Notes: generated by a model from the letters alone, not told the origin. Counted from the whole stretch's first letter, positions 24,907 to 37,929 are shown. The stretch is 58,933 nt of DNA, filler included, from Trichosphaerium sp. ATCC 40318 (GCA_038496445.1; 3 parts of 3 records of this genome joined end to end with filler, not necessarily neighbours in it), one strand, 5' to 3'. Made by a program: numbers and translations.

Positions 24907-26331
24907 TTAAGTTGTTTTTTTGTCGTGATTGTACAGTTGATAGTCGTTATTAGGTATATGTAACTTTAGTCTTATATGTTCATTGTATTCCTTGAATGTA
25001 ACAGGAAACGGTCCTTTTTTACTTGGACTATCACTCCATGTGACATTCTGATCAAGTGTTGGTTTTGGTTCAAACAACGGTTTTGCAAAAAAAAACTTTT
25101 TGCTGTTTAGAAGATCAGGATACTCTTCTACCAATAAGTCATATGCACGAAACCATTGTACCCATTGAATACGCCTTCTACCACCCTATACATAATTTTA
25201 AGTACAAAAGAGGATACACACTGCTTGGAAATATGCAGAGACCAAAAAAAGAAACAGAACAAAAAAGGATGAACGTAAACTCTTTTCAAAAACTGAACAT
25301 TAACAGTTCACTTGTTCTTTTCAAAATGAAGCTCTAAAACTGATTTGTGGATTATTAATAAATGATTGGGAATAGTAATGATAAAGATAAAAGATTATCA
25401 AAGTCGATGGTTAACTTACAGATAAAAACCAAGGTTTGCCTCCAGGGAAATGCCAAACTTTTGAATTACCGAGCCAGTTTTGATTGTATAGCCCATGAAC
25501 GTTTCTGGCATCAACAACATAACCCCTGGTTTAAAAATTATCAATACAAGAGTAAGGATACACTCAAACGAAAGTTGTTGTTCATAAAAAAAAAAACATC
25601 TCATCTCAAAGAACGGAGAATGTGAAATGAACGTACCATGGTAAAAGATTCCATCTCAATGAATCATTACGTGCTACAAAAGCATAGTTAAGTACCCACT
25701 GATCACAACATTCCTTCAACTGCAGTTCTGCTATAAAGTGTTCTCTGAGCACTTTTACAAGATGGTTGTAAACTTTATCATTCGGTTCAAAAACGAAGAA
25801 ACCTTGTGTTAAAAATAGATCAGTATTTTCTTGTCAACTTGATTCATAGCATACCTGTATTACAAGCTTCCTCATCACTACGCGCCCAGTATTCTCGATG
25901 TGCTAGTTATAGTTAGATAGGAGGTAAGTATATGATGGTGTTCATACCAGCCGGTGTTGGATATGTGAATATGTCATCAATGTTTTTTGTAATGACCATA
26001 TCAGCATCAATAAAACATGCTTTGGTGTATCCTTTCATGAGCTTGAATATCTTTAATTTAGCTAATCTAGTTCCATGTTGTTTGCTCTAAGCAGGTTTGT
26101 CAGTAAAAGTAAAATAAAAAGCAACGGAAAAAAATATATACTGAGTTCTTTTGTCAAATAGGTCTCGGGCAACTTAACCAAGTATTTCTTAATAACGTAC
26201 AGGTTTCTTTGTAATGTTGTATTCCATAAATAATTTAGTAACATTAAATGGTTCTATGACTCTTATTTCATCAGCCAACTTCTCATACGCATCTGGAAGC
26301 TACAACAAGAACCATAAAGTCAAAAAAAAAA
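24907..26331 (-). CDS. Glycosyltransferase family 8 (glycogenin-like), 5'-truncated by the contig end
   Basis: AKLKIFKLMKGYTKACFIDADMVITKNIDDIF (DxD motif), GFFVFEPN. Confidence 0.75.
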
Positions 26332-26431
26332 NNNNNNNNNNNNNNNNNNNNNNNNNNNNNNNNNNNNNNNNNNNNTTAATTAATTAANNNNNNNNNNNNN
26401 NNNNNNNNNNNNNNNNNNNNNNNNNNNNNNN
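26332..26431. other. Artificial contig linker (N-run with TTAATTAATTAA)
   Basis: 100 nt in total, with an all-frame stop spacer at 26376-26387. Confidence 0.97.
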
Positions 26432-28105
26432 ACAAATGGGTTTTCGGTCTACCAACACGACGACTTCAAGCAGTGGAAATATGGGAGTCCACAGTACGTT
26501 TACGAGTGGTGAACTTGAAGGAGGGTACACCCAAAACAGTTTCTTACTTTATTCTTACTCGAATAGGCTAAAGAAGCAAAAGACAAACCAAAGGGTAAGG
26601 AGCTATGGAATCAAGGCATTGGCTGGTGTATATGATATCAATGTACTAATGAAGGTTTAAATGCATTAAAAGGTGCTTGTATTGTTAGATGCTAAGCAAA
26701 TATGGTTTCAGGCTTTCGATAAGTTTAAGGAGTTCACTACTATCTTTTTTAGTGGATGAATACAGTATTGTTCGAACAAAGTAATCCATATTTTGAGCTC
26801 AGTTTTGTTTATCAGTGTGAGGATGTAGTTCGCTTTAACAACTGCTGCTGGTTTACTTATGTACTAGCTCCCATAATACAAACTCTTAGGGATGAAAAAG
26901 GTGTAGGTTCTAAGTAATAACGAACTAAAACTTGGGATTATTGATAATCTTTTTCTAGTGCTAATCTGGGTCAACTCCGCACCAAATGAAGGCACTACAA
27001 CACTTGTTGAATTAGTACCTTAATCTCTGCACTGTAGTGACACAGAGCATCCAAAAAGTCTAGACACGTGCGCGGTATCTATGTTTTGAAGATGACAACA
27101 GTAATAATTGTGAACCTTTGATTAAATTACAGTGAACCTTACGAATAAATATCTACTGATACATGATGTTAGTTCAATCCAGAGGTGAGTAGGGGATTGG
27201 TTTTTGAGATAATTCAAAAAAAAGTAGCGTAAAAAATTCAACAAGAGTATTTAAACTCGAAAGAGCACCAAATTACGCGATGCCGCTCACTTGGTATCGT
27301 GCTTATTTACTCTTGAAGTTCCATTATCGCAAAAGCTCTAAACATTCACCAACTTGAGAGATCTACTATGAATTTACACTGTACACTCATACAGGTGAAA
27401 ACCAACCGCTTGATTGGTATTTTATTATAAAATTGCGCCAAAAACCGTTTTTGAGGTACTACACGCAATCTAATATCCGATTCTACACTACACACCCATC
27501 AAGCAAAAGAGTTAGCTTTTGAAGTCATGGCAACCACGTTTACACTTAGTATTGTGCTTGTACACTCTCAACAATCAGGGAGTCCTTCAAAAAGCGGTTG
27601 GTAGCGTTTTAGGTCTTTTTTGACGGTTTTTACCGTAAACGCTGTGAAGTAAAATGCACCAACGGATTTTCAAGTACGGTTACTATTTGGTACAACGGTG
27701 GATTGTTTTGAGAGAAATGAAAAGAACAAGAAGAAAATATTTTCAATCTACAGCGTTTTTGCAACTAATCAATCAAACAAATTCTCCTTTTACGCCATAG
27801 TAATATTACGGTTTTATTTGCGCCAACTAGTTGCTTTAGGTTAAAACACTGTATGCATTGGAGATTTCTTTAACGGCACCAAAAAACTGCACGCCTTGAA
27901 ACTGTGCCGCTTTGATGCTTTTCATTTGATCGCTTTCGTGATGTTAATTCTGCAGTTGTTTGAAGTTTGTAAAAATCCAGTTAATCACTCTAGCCACCCC
28001 TTCAGAGAATGCGAGAACGGTTTGAACTAGGTTCATTGTGAAAATTGAATAATTTTAAAATCAAAAACGCAAAACGCACTAGGGTATAGCAACTGCTTAC
28101 AGAAA

Positions 28106-29032
28106 ATGCCACACCAAACAACAAACAGCTCTTCTTCGTTGACAAGTACAGGTCCAATGTCTAACGAACTCAACGCAGCACTTAATTACTTGAGTAAACG
28201 GCTACGAGAGGATGTATCTGCGGAAGAAAAAAAAGAGCTTCGAAATTTCTTACTTCAGATCATTACCGACAGATTTGAGGGCCACTGGTACCCTGAAAAT
28301 CCTTCTAAGGGAAACGGATACAGGTTAGTAGCATGAATTCTGTTACATAATCACTTGTGTTTTTGCCCTTTTTAAGTGTAATCAATCAAACGATTTCAAT
28401 CTAGACATTAATTCAATCTAGATCAATCATGTATAATGGCGACAAGATTGATAAGGTGTTACGTGATGCTGCTGAACAAGCGCACATACCAGGTGGGCTT
28501 ACTCATAAATTGGTGCGTTTTTTGGATTTACTCAAAATACTTAAAAACACATTTGTGATCGCTTACCTGCAAAAAAAAAAAGCAAACTCATGATAGATTG
28601 TACTTACGTTTCTATTTTTAGGGTGAAGATAACTTTGTACTATGGATTGACCCTGGTTGCGTGAGCGTCAAGTACACAAGTGGCAAGTACAGACACCATG
28701 TACATACGCTATACCAAAAACCGTTTTCAACAAACATATCAAAGAGTTACAAGAAACCAATAACAAAAACAAATGTACATAAGCCTTGGTCCACACATGG
28801 CGTTTGGATACCTCCCACAAACAAAACGTCAAATTTCTCACAAGGTGAACCAAAGAGACTATCGCCTAAGTGTTTGAGTGCAACTTCACAGGCGTTCTAT
28901 CCTTCTAAAGGTCAAACATCACGTGATGTTACTTCTTGCAGGTCAGATGACAAGATTACGTTTCACACAGCTCCAGCCTATGGAAATAATGATATGCGCT
29001 TTCGAACAGTGTTTTATAACACAAGTGTGTAA
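28106..29032 (+). CDS. BTG/Tob family antiproliferative (CAF1-binding) protein with a PAM2-like motif
   Basis: FEGHWYPENPSKGNGYR-SI (box A), VLWIDPGCVSVKY (box B), KCLSATSQAFYPS (PAM2-like). Confidence 0.9.
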
Positions 29033-29068
29033 AATAAATGGAAAAAAACTTAATCATACTATAACCGT

Positions 29069-30238
29069 CTAGTTTATTCCAGTGTTCTTTTCTACAATTT
29101 CAAGCCCAGGTATAGCACACCGCATCGCATCCAATTGTTCTTGTGTAATATCATGATATTCATAATACCGCCTGTCTATGACTCCAGGTGTACTGCCACA
29201 AAGAACAAAGGTGCGCAAGTTTGTTAGTGAAAATAAATACTTAATGCCAATATTTGATATTTTAATACAGTGAGACAAGTCCAAATGTTTTAGGTTGGTG
29301 AGAGTTCCATACAGCAATAAATCATCGTCAATCACTTCACAATTGAAAAGCGTCAGAGATTCGAGAGAAGCTAGTTTGGAAAGACTAGACAGTTGCTTAA
29401 TAAGCCATTTGGATTTTGCCTCCAAGTGCAACTTTTTCAGTGAGGTGAACTCTGCGAAAGCTCTGGCGGTTGTTGCCGCTCGTCCAAGAATTGTAAGCGA
29501 TGTAAGTCTTTTCATACAAAAATGCAAAGGCTTGAAACCGCTATCCGTCAGAAACTGGTTCTTCTCAAATCCACGTGATATCTCAAGTGTTAGCTCCTCC
29601 ATGTTTGAAAGTGAGGCTAATCCAGGTAATGTGCTATCACTAATGATGCAACCCCTCAACGAAAGTACCCTTAAATTGTGTAGAGCACCCAATGATACTA
29701 AGGTTCCAATGTTGGGGTATTGATATGTATGGTATTGTCCATCAGGTTCATCCTCGCATCCACCAACAAGTTCAAGTTTTTGTAAATTAGAAAAAAGAGA
29801 TAGGCGCTTCAAGCCTTTAGAAGTAACGCCCATGGGTAATGAAAGACATGTCAGATTTGGAAAACTAGCCAAGTCCTCTATAAAATCATCTTTGAACCAC
29901 GTGTAAGATGTAGATATATCACGTGTAAACTGGAGATTGTAAGATTCTGTTTGTTTTTTTTGGATGTTAAACGTCTCCAGGTACATGGGATGGTTTTTAA
30001 AAACCACAGTCGCTACTGTGTCGGTGTAAGGAAAGAGTTCAACATAACGCGATTCGTTTTTGTTACAGCGATAGTGAAAACCAATACAAAGCGATGAAAT
30101 CATTCTAGTGGAATACAAGAACCTGTGCCACGTAGTAGATGTACAAGACAACCTCTTTTTATCGTACTCTGATAAAAAAGCTGCAATAATGTACCACTCG
30201 TCCGCACCAAGTATTTTAATTGCTAAGGGGTGTTCCAT
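29069..30238 (-). CDS. F-box/leucine-rich repeat protein, intronless
   Basis: LGADEWYIIAAFLS...LSCTSTTWH (F-box-like); LRRs such as LTNLKHLDLSHCIKISNIGIKYL. Confidence 0.8.
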   Translation of the reverse strand: MEHPLAIKILGADEWYIIAAFLSEYDKKRLSCTSTTWHRFLYSTRMISSLCIGFHYRCNKNESRYVELFPYTDTVATVVFKNHPMYLETFNIQKKQTESYNLQFTRDISTSYTWFKDDFIEDLASFPNLTCLSLPMGVTSKGLKRLSLFSNLQKLELVGGCEDEPDGQYHTYQYPNIGTLVSLGALHNLRVLSLRGCIISDSTLPGLASLSNMEELTLEISRGFEKNQFLTDSGFKPLHFCMKRLTSLTILGRAATTARAFAEFTSLKKLHLEAKSKWLIKQLSSLSKLASLESLTLFNCEVIDDDLLLYGTLTNLKHLDLSHCIKISNIGIKYLFSLTNLRTFVLCGSTPGVIDRRYYEYHDITQEQLDAMRCAIPGLEIVEKNTGIN

Positions 30239-31163
30239 CTGTGCGTAGATTTGAAAATAGAACAAGTTTGGAACGGTAGAATTAGTATGACGAAAGAACC
30301 TGTTAGCTGAACGCTGTGTAACACAAGTTTATTTACAGTAGCAACTTCTGAGGGGCAGCAGTGTGGATTTAATGGTTATCATTATCACGTGTACTATCGC
30401 TTGTTGGCATGTGCTTTGTTCAACGTATTGTCGAACGACAACACATTGTCTGTGGTGGCTCTTTTTAACTCAACGCCGCTAAACTATGGTATTTGACTTG
30501 AAATGTCCTTTTTCTGTAGAAAACAACTTTACCGTTCTGTGTTTCAGAAGTTCTGGCAGCTCTCCGACCGCGTTTTCGTCTTAGTGGCGGTAGTGGGTGA
30601 TTTCTGCTTGCTATCGTATAAACTGCTTCGGTTGGTTGCTTGTCTTTGTTGGATCAGGCCAGCTCATTCAAACGCCTGAAATGTCTCACATTTCAGACAT
30701 TACAATCAATCACTGTCTTTTACCTTCAACGGGAAAAGCTGTATCTCGATAGGTGTATCAATACAAACGAGACAAGTAGTACTCAACCGCATACGGTTAA
30801 AGAAGAATGTTGTAGATGGCCAAGAAGAATAAACCAGCTCTTACAGTTCGTAAAAAAGATAAGCATCTCCTACCATCAACGTGCCTACCCCTTGATATCC
30901 TCTGCAAATAAATCAAAACGTGGCGATACATCGATCTCCATCACCATGTTCAAAGTGTAAAAAGCAAGCTTTGGATAGAACAGTAAGTTCAGTTTTACAA
31001 AAAGGCAGCACCAAAGGAAGACGATGTTGACGGGTTCTGTATCAGCGCTCCTTTTGACGATAATGCTGTAACAGATATAGTTCCTGTGATTGGATTGATA
31101 CAAAGCGTTAAGATTGTTTTGATTTATTGTCTGTTTCATTCAAGTTTTGGGTGTGTACTAAAA

Positions 31164-31355
31164 TGTCGAAAAAAAAGTCGAAAAAATGTCAAAGTGATAT
31201 TGAACTGTTCGCCACAAAGGGAGACAACTGGGTTATGGCGCTCAGTCGCCGCTAGGCTCTGCCCCCAAACCCCCCCTAAAAGGGGGCTTTCTAAATAGTT
31301 CCTATGACATAATATAGGATAATTAGTGTGCCGAATTTTCGACTTTTTTTTGACA
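31164..31355. repeat. Possible small MITE-like element: ~20-bp inverted repeats enclosing a GC-rich hairpin
   Basis: TGTCGAAAAAAAAGTCGAAAA (31164) versus TTTTCGACTTTTTTTTGACA (ends 31355); internal GGCTCTGCCCCCAAACCCCCCTAAAAGGGGG. Confidence 0.35.
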
Positions 31356-31432
31356 AAGTTCTACATATTTGGGTTTCCCAAGTTTTGAACTTGAACACCA
31401 AATACCAACTCTTTATTGTCAAACACTTCAAA

Positions 31433-32897
31433 ATGTCACAACTCGTGCCTGTTACATGCATAATTCTCGTTTTACTTTCCCTTCACGTGATATGCGGTCC
31501 TCCTGATCTATCTTTAGCGACAATACCTGTCGGTTACTACGGTGGTCAGAACGTAAGCCATAGATCAGAAGAAAGCCTTCACATGCTTGCAAAAATGCGT
31601 GTGATACTAATAGAAAAGTGGGAAGGCCCGTGTTGGGATGAATGTATGGCAAACTCGACACACGACCCACCTATACCATGCCAAGCATCTTGTGGTGCTG
31701 ATTTATATCAAGTAAGGACTATGAAGGAAGCACAGGCAATTAACCCTAAATTATCCATTGTTTTTTACTTAAACACGTTGTACGACTTTGGGTTCATTAC
31801 AATACATCAAAAGGCATTAGATATTGGTGCTGATGTTGTCATGACTAATGGTAAACTCATGTCCATAAAGAATGATAACGGTATGCCTCATGTAAACACT
31901 TTTGATCAAGGAAAGAAAAAAACACGTGATATGTGGTTAAAGTTTTTGGCGGATAAAAAAGTAGATGGCGTTTTCCCTGATAAGACTTATATAAGAGCAT
32001 TCTATAACGAGTCTGAAGAATTTTGGTACGGCGAGGAAGTTAAAACAACAACTTAAAACAGCTTTTTCTTTCGAACTTTCTTTGTCAGCTTTTTCCTTTA
32101 CCTTTTCTTTAATGCACGTGATTTATTTACGGGATCTTGAATGTGGTTTCTTTCCTTTTGCTTAGAAGTTTACGCATCGTCGCTCATTTTTGGAGGCAAA
32201 AAGACAAGCTACATTCCAACTTTATCTTGCTATTTTGACATGCTTGTATCAACTGCTAACAAATTTGTCTTCAGGCAATTATGCGAATCAAACAATGACA
32301 TCAGTGATTGGAACGAATCTTGTGGAGAGATATCAGAAGCTGATGCTAAAGCATATAATGAAGGAAAAGATCTGTTGATGGATGGTATTTATAAATTATT
32401 CGGTAAGAATGGTGTTGTTTTCTTCAATACAACACGAACTGTTGGTACGAGAAATTATCAACCAGCGGAGATAATTGAAGGTGTAAAAACTGCTTTCAAA
32501 ACGGGTGCTACTTATGTTTACTTGACAGTACGTGAACGTTTTGGTCAACAACACTTTTTTTTTTTTTGCAACTTTGTTTGTTATTGCTTGTAATCTATCA
32601 CGTGATTTTTTGTTTTGTTGATACTTACAAAAATGTGCTTAGCTCGCTGGGCATGAAGCAAGTGCGCAGCCTGGCTGGATTTGTTCTCAAAGGCATATCA
32701 TTATGTTCTTGTTGGCAGTTGAAGAAGGATGTATTCTAGGATGTAATGGCTGGGATCCTCAATTTGATAAGCCTCTTGGAAATCCATTAGGACCAGCTAC
32801 AGTCGAAGGAGATGTTTACACCCGTAAATTTGCTTCAGGAACATCTGTAACATGGAATACAAAGACAGACCAAGGCGAAATTAACTGGTCTTCCTAA
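31433..32897 (+). CDS. Secreted putative glycoside hydrolase (GHL15-like), multi-exon
   Basis: Signal peptide; KINPKLSIVFYLN-like segment; VDGVFPD; C-terminal WDPQFDKPLGNPLGPA...YTRKFASGTSVTWN. Confidence 0.65.
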
Positions 32898-33802
32898 CTT
32901 AGTAATTCAATAAAAACAGAGAGTTGAAATGCAACGTCAAACCCAATTCTTTTGAAACAAGTACTTGAGTGCTCGAAAAAGTGTAGGCGTTGTACAACGC
33001 CATCGCTACAAGCGCTGCTTGATACTCGTATTTCTATACCGCACCCTTCATCAATCCCAGAACTGGTACAAACTTTGATAGTCACCAGCAGGTGATAAAG
33101 AATGTTGCTTACTGCCATCTATTGTTCATTTTCTACTAAAAATACAACTTTTAGCAAGTTCAAATCATTTAAATGTCAACTTTGTTATCAAAAGAGGCTC
33201 AGTCAGAACAAAAAACTACTTGTCATTCTCTATTTCAGCTTTGCGCATAATGACACTCATCCAGTGGGTCAATGCAATCATTACAAGCACAGAAATGTCC
33301 ACAAGGTTGGAATACGCTCTTGATACTGTCCATACAAACACAACACAACTTCTTTTCGCGCTCCATTTCTATTATGGTAAGATCAAACTAAGCAACAGTA
33401 AGTTCACTTTTGCTTTCTCCTCTGATGATCTTCTTTTTATATGACACATCTGTCTTGTCTTCTGCCACATTTACGGTAGTTATATTAATAAATATATTGT
33501 GCTCTACAACCTGTAAAGATGGTAACTGCAAACCCATAAATAAAACATTCAGTTTTGAAATACCATTAAGTTAACCTTCGATCGTTATGTAATCATGCCT
33601 GTTCTGGCCTTACTTATAGCACCTCGTTGGTGATTAAGGGCAATATACGAACACCCTGCAAGTAAAATGAAATTGTTACGTTCTGGTGGCTGCTAAAGAC
33701 CTAATTAAAACAGATGAAACTACGCGTAATTTCAGGTTAAGTGAATAAGTAAAACTTGAAAAACTTTTTAAACGTAGTCACTGTATTACTATTTATATTT
33801 GT

Positions 33803-33942
33803 TGTAAGAGAGTTTATGTACACACTACCAATCACATTATTAAAAACTCCTGTTAAACACCGACTCCGGTTAACCCCAGGTGTACAGTGCAATACACAAT
33901 AATAAATACACAGTTAACCACACCTCTCAAATAGTCTTAACA
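33803..33942 (+). repeat. 5' LTR (140 bp)
   Basis: TGTAAGAGAG...GTCTTAACA; matches 37933-37958 plus 38890-39003 with 3 substitutions. Confidence 0.92.
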
Positions 33943-33948
33943 TATTTT

Positions 33949-33960
33949 TGGCGACACGAT
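33949..33960 (+). promoter_or_regulatory. Primer-binding site (TGGCGACACG, possibly tRNA-Arg type)
   Basis: TGG-initiated motif 6 nt after the 5' LTR; tRNA identity is an inference. Confidence 0.6.
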
Positions 33961-33981
33961 CAGATTTTGAAAATTGCATAG

Positions 33982-34172
33982 ATGGCACAGAAGCAAACCG
34001 ATCTGATTTTACCAGCTACACCGATTCCAATTAGGAAAGAGAAACCTTCCCAAAAAGATAAGTTACCAAAGCCTAATATAGACACGCCCGGAAAAGTACA
34101 GAAGAAAGACAAGCATAAATCAACCCTGAAACACAAAAGAAAGGATAAAAAGAAGAATATTAAAAAACATAA
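33982..34172 (+). pseudogene. Truncated gag 5' stub
   Basis: ATG just after the PBS; Lys-rich ORF cut off by TIR element copy A. Confidence 0.6.
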
Positions 34173-35101
34173 CAGGGCTGAAACTAAATAAGGCTTTTTT
34201 TGCAAAAGCCTTTTTTTTGCCACCAAATACAGCCTTATTTTTCACCAAATTGCCTTGTTTTTGCCAAAAAAAATGAGTAAATATGAGGCATTGCCTTGTA
34301 ATTTTGGGCTTTGAAGCCTCATATTTGGGCCAAATAGCAAGCAACTGGTTCACTAATTAGCCTTAAAATAGCCTGCATTGTTGGTCCAATAATGCCTCAT
34401 TTTTAGTGCAACAATAAGGCATTTTTGCCCTCAATTTTTGGGCATAACCCAGGCACCATATACTCATAAAACAAGGCTTTATATAGGCATACAATAGTGA
34501 TTCATTTATTAAAGTACAGTACACAAAACACAAAAAACTTCAATGTCCTCCATGTGAAAAAAAACCTTTAGCTAGAAAAAAAAATTAACAAATTATTGGT
34601 ATAATTTTCGCGGACTGGAAAAATGGTTTAAAGTACCTATACTCCTGTTGTAGGTGAATTTGGATGCTGCGGTTCAAATGGCGGTGGTTTCGTTAGAATC
34701 TATAAAATACTAAGAGCGTGGTGACGTCGTCTATATAAAACGTCAATAGTAAATGAAAAAAAATGTTTAAGAAGTGTTGGTGTGGTGGAGACTTACCTTA
34801 AACCAATGTATCCTTAATGTACAATGTGTACACAACCAATGCCTAATTGGTGCCTGTAAATTTAAGGCTGGCAATGCATAAAAAAACTAGGGCAGGCATT
34901 GCCTAAAAAAAACAAGGCATTGCAATAATTAAGGCATTGCCCAACAAAGCCTTATTTCAATGCCTGATTTTTGCCTTTTCTGCCATTGCCTTTGCAAAAT
35001 CAGGCATTGCCATTTTTGCATGCCTGATTTTTGCCATCAATGCCTGATTTTAAAAAAATGCCTTCATATTTAAGGCAAAGCCTTGTTTAGTTTCAGCCCT
35101 G
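34173..35101 (+). mobile_element. 929-bp non-autonomous TIR DNA transposon, copy A
   Basis: TIR CAGGGCTGAAACTAAAYAAGGCTTT; dense AGGCA/TGCCT subterminal repeats; near-identical to copies B and C. Confidence 0.9.
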
Positions 35102-35672
35102 AATACCGTCGTTGCGAGTCATTAAAGATATAACTATAGTAGGCAACTACATGTTGTTTGCCCTCATGACGTTGTACTAAAGTACCGCCACACGCTCTAC
35201 CTGACGCATCTACATGTATTTCAAACGGCTTCTCAAAATCGGGATGACGTAGTATCGGAGGAGTCATTAGAGCTGTTTTTAAACTATGAAATGCCCTCGT
35301 ACACATCTTATCCCACTTCCAAGGCACGTCTTTCTTACGTAGGTCATTAAGGGGTGCAGCTATACGAGCATAATTGGCAACAAATTTGCGGTAATACCCA
35401 GTAATACCTAAAAATGATTCTAACTCTTTAACATTTTCAGGACAACGTGCATCAGTGATAGCTTTTATTATTTTGGGATTTGTTGATATTCCGTCTGCTG
35501 TAACAACATGTCCGAGGAACTCAATACTATGACGGAATAAAATAGATTTACTTGCTTTAAGTTTAACATTGTACTTTCGTAGTCTGTCAAACATAAGTTT
35601 TAAGTGAACCAAGTGATCTTCGAACGTATCACTGAAAACAATAATGTCATCCACATAACATAGGCATATCTG
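35102..35672 (-). pseudogene. Inverted reverse transcriptase (YVDD)-RNase H fragment
   Basis: CLCYVDDIIVFS...FLGHVV...FLGITGYYRKFV...FEIHVDASG..GGTLVQ; on the opposite strand to gag and integrase. Confidence 0.92.
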
Positions 35673-36601
35673 CAGGGCTGAAACTAAACAAGGCTTTGCC
35701 TTAAATATGAAGGCATTTTTTTAAAATCAGGCATTGATGGCAAAAATCAGGCATGCAAAAATGGCAATGCCTGATTTTGCAAAGGCAATGGCAAAAAAGG
35801 CAAAAATCAGGCATTGAAATAAGGCTTTGTTGGGCAATGCCTTAATTGTTGCAATGCCTTGTTTTTTTTAGGCAATGCCTGCCCTAGTTTTTTTATGCAT
35901 TGCCAGCCTTAAATTTACAGGCACCAATTAGGCATTGGTTGTGTACACATTGTACATTAAGAATACATTGATTTAAGGTAAGTTTCCACCACACCAACAC
36001 TTCCTAAACATTTTTTTTCATTTACTACTGACGTTTTATATAGACGACGTCACCAAGCGCTTAGTATTTTATGGATTCTAACGAAACCACCGCCATTCGA
36101 ACCGCAGCACCCAAGTGCACCTACAACAGGAGTATAGGTACATTAAACCATTTTTCCAGTCTGCGAAAATTATACCAATAATTTGTTAATTTTTTTGTCT
36201 AGCTAAAGGTTTTTTTTCACATGGAGGACATTGCAGTTTTTTGTGTTTTGTGTACTGTACTTTAATAAATGAATCACTATTGTATGCCTATATAAAGCCT
36301 TGTTTTATGAGTATATGGTGCCTGAGTTATGCCCAAAAATTGAGGGCAAAAATGCCTTATTGTTGCACTAAAAATGAGGCATTATTGAACCAACAATGCA
36401 GGCTATTTTAAGGCTAATTAGTGAACCAGTTGCTTGCTATTTGGCCCAAATATGAGGCTCCAAAGCCCAAAATTACAAGGCAATGCCTCATATTTGCTCA
36501 TTTTTTTTGGCAAAAACAAGGCAATTTGGTGAAAAATAAGGCTGTATTTGGTGGCAAAAAAATGGCTTTTGCAAAAAAAGCCTTATTTAGTTTCAGCCCT
36601 G
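35673..36601 (-). mobile_element. 929-bp TIR element, copy B (inverted relative to A and C)
   Basis: Reverse complement of copy A, same TIRs. Confidence 0.9.
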
Positions 36602-37803
36602 TTTCAGCATTCTCGCAGAAAGTATATAATACACTGCACATAAATAAGAAGCAAACAACAGCTTACCATCCTCAAACAGATGGTCAAACTGAGCGTTTTA
36701 ACCACACCTTAGTGGAAGTAATTCGCGCTTTTATTAATGATCAACAGAATGACTGGAACTTTTGGCTTCCTTACGCATTATTTGCTTATCGAACCGCTTG
36801 CCATCATGCCACCAAATTTACACCTTTTCGTTTAATTTTCGGTAGAGAACCGAGATTACCAATAGATTTGATTAATGGCGATCAAACTATAGTAATTCCC
36901 AAGAATTATCGAATAGGAAATTGGGCGGAAGGGTTAGCGAATCTTATCAGATATGCTTACAATTTAGCTCGTGCTAATATTGTAAAAGCTAAAAGAGACC
37001 AAGCTAGATATTATAATCGCCACCAGCGTGAAGTGACATACCATGCTGGCCAGCTAGTCTGGTTATGGATTCCTGCGTTGAAAGATGACCAAAAGAAAAA
37101 GCTTACCATGCGTTGGCAAGGTCCTTTCACGATTCTGCAAAGGACAGGTGATAATACTTACCGTTTGGAATTGCCCAAGCATAGTAATATGTCACCAGTT
37201 GTTAATGTTGAGCGACTTAAGCCAGTGATAGACTCATATCTACGACCTCCTCCCACAGCCATACCTGTATCGGCTAGGAATGAATATCTGCAGAGGGACG
37301 TGGTAGCCCCTCCTAAAACAGATGGAGATAATAGCGAAAGCTACGTAGAACCAAATATACCAACTATTGCCTCTAAGGAAAAGTTGAGTAAACAAATAAG
37401 ATCTATACCTACGAGAAACAATATCCCTATAGCATCAGTGGTGCCATATGATACATCACATATGAAAACCCACTTGCCGATGCATGTAGCCCCTCGTAGC
37501 TTAAATCCTAGATCTACAAGACGCAACAACAAAGCTCACCGGACTGAAATATTGTTCGAACAGCTGAGAGAATTGGCGACGGCCGCGCCAAAGCTCAAAT
37601 TAGACAAACTCAAGGCGACTCTTATAGGGTTCCTGGGTAGAGGTGCTATTTACATTCGTAGCAACCAACTAGCCACCGAGCTAGAAAATGAAATTAAGAA
37701 ATGTAAAAGCGTATCGAAGATGGTGGACTGGTTGAAAGCCTTGATCAAGCATTTTCATAACCGGTTCGCCTATGAAATGACTTTAGCAATCACCGACTGT
37801 TGA
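36602..37803 (+). pseudogene. Gypsy integrase C-terminal part (N-terminally truncated)
   Basis: TTAYHPQTDGQTERFN, TPFRLIFGREP, WQGPFTIL (GPY/F motif); HHCC and first catalytic Asp residues absent. Confidence 0.9.
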
Positions 37804-37916
37804 GAATACGCTAAATCGTCCTCCTTAAGCTGGAAACAGTAGTAAGGTAAATTGGGTTGTCAGGTTCCCCAGCGATCCCTCATGCTATCAATAAATAACG
37901 ACGTGGAACGTCTTCC

Positions 37917-37929
37917 AAAAATAAGGGAG
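37917..37929 (+). promoter_or_regulatory. Polypurine tract
   Basis: AAAAATAAGGGAG just upstream of the 3' LTR. Confidence 0.65.

Noticed and set aside
26376-26387. TTAATTAATTAA palindrome, also at 48486-48497
   Set aside because: Artificial all-frame stop linker inside N-runs; adjacency across it carries no biological meaning
26436-28000. Short ORFs after the first gap
   Set aside because: No coherent exon chain or motif recognised
1-30238. Functional cluster of ubiquitin-system adaptors (UEV-UFD1, SOCS-GTPase, two F-box genes)
   Set aside because: Interspersed with unrelated genes and split across two contigs; such genes are common in protist genomes
34173-35101. Short AGGCA/TGCC repeats as a CRISPR-like array
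   Set aside because: No constant repeat-spacer periodicity; these are subterminal repeats of a eukaryotic TIR element
36421-37803. 460-aa ORF as an intact novel protein
   Set aside because: The first ~60 codons (GTG start) come from TIR element B and happen to be in frame with a truncated integrase; the same peptide appears in copies A and C
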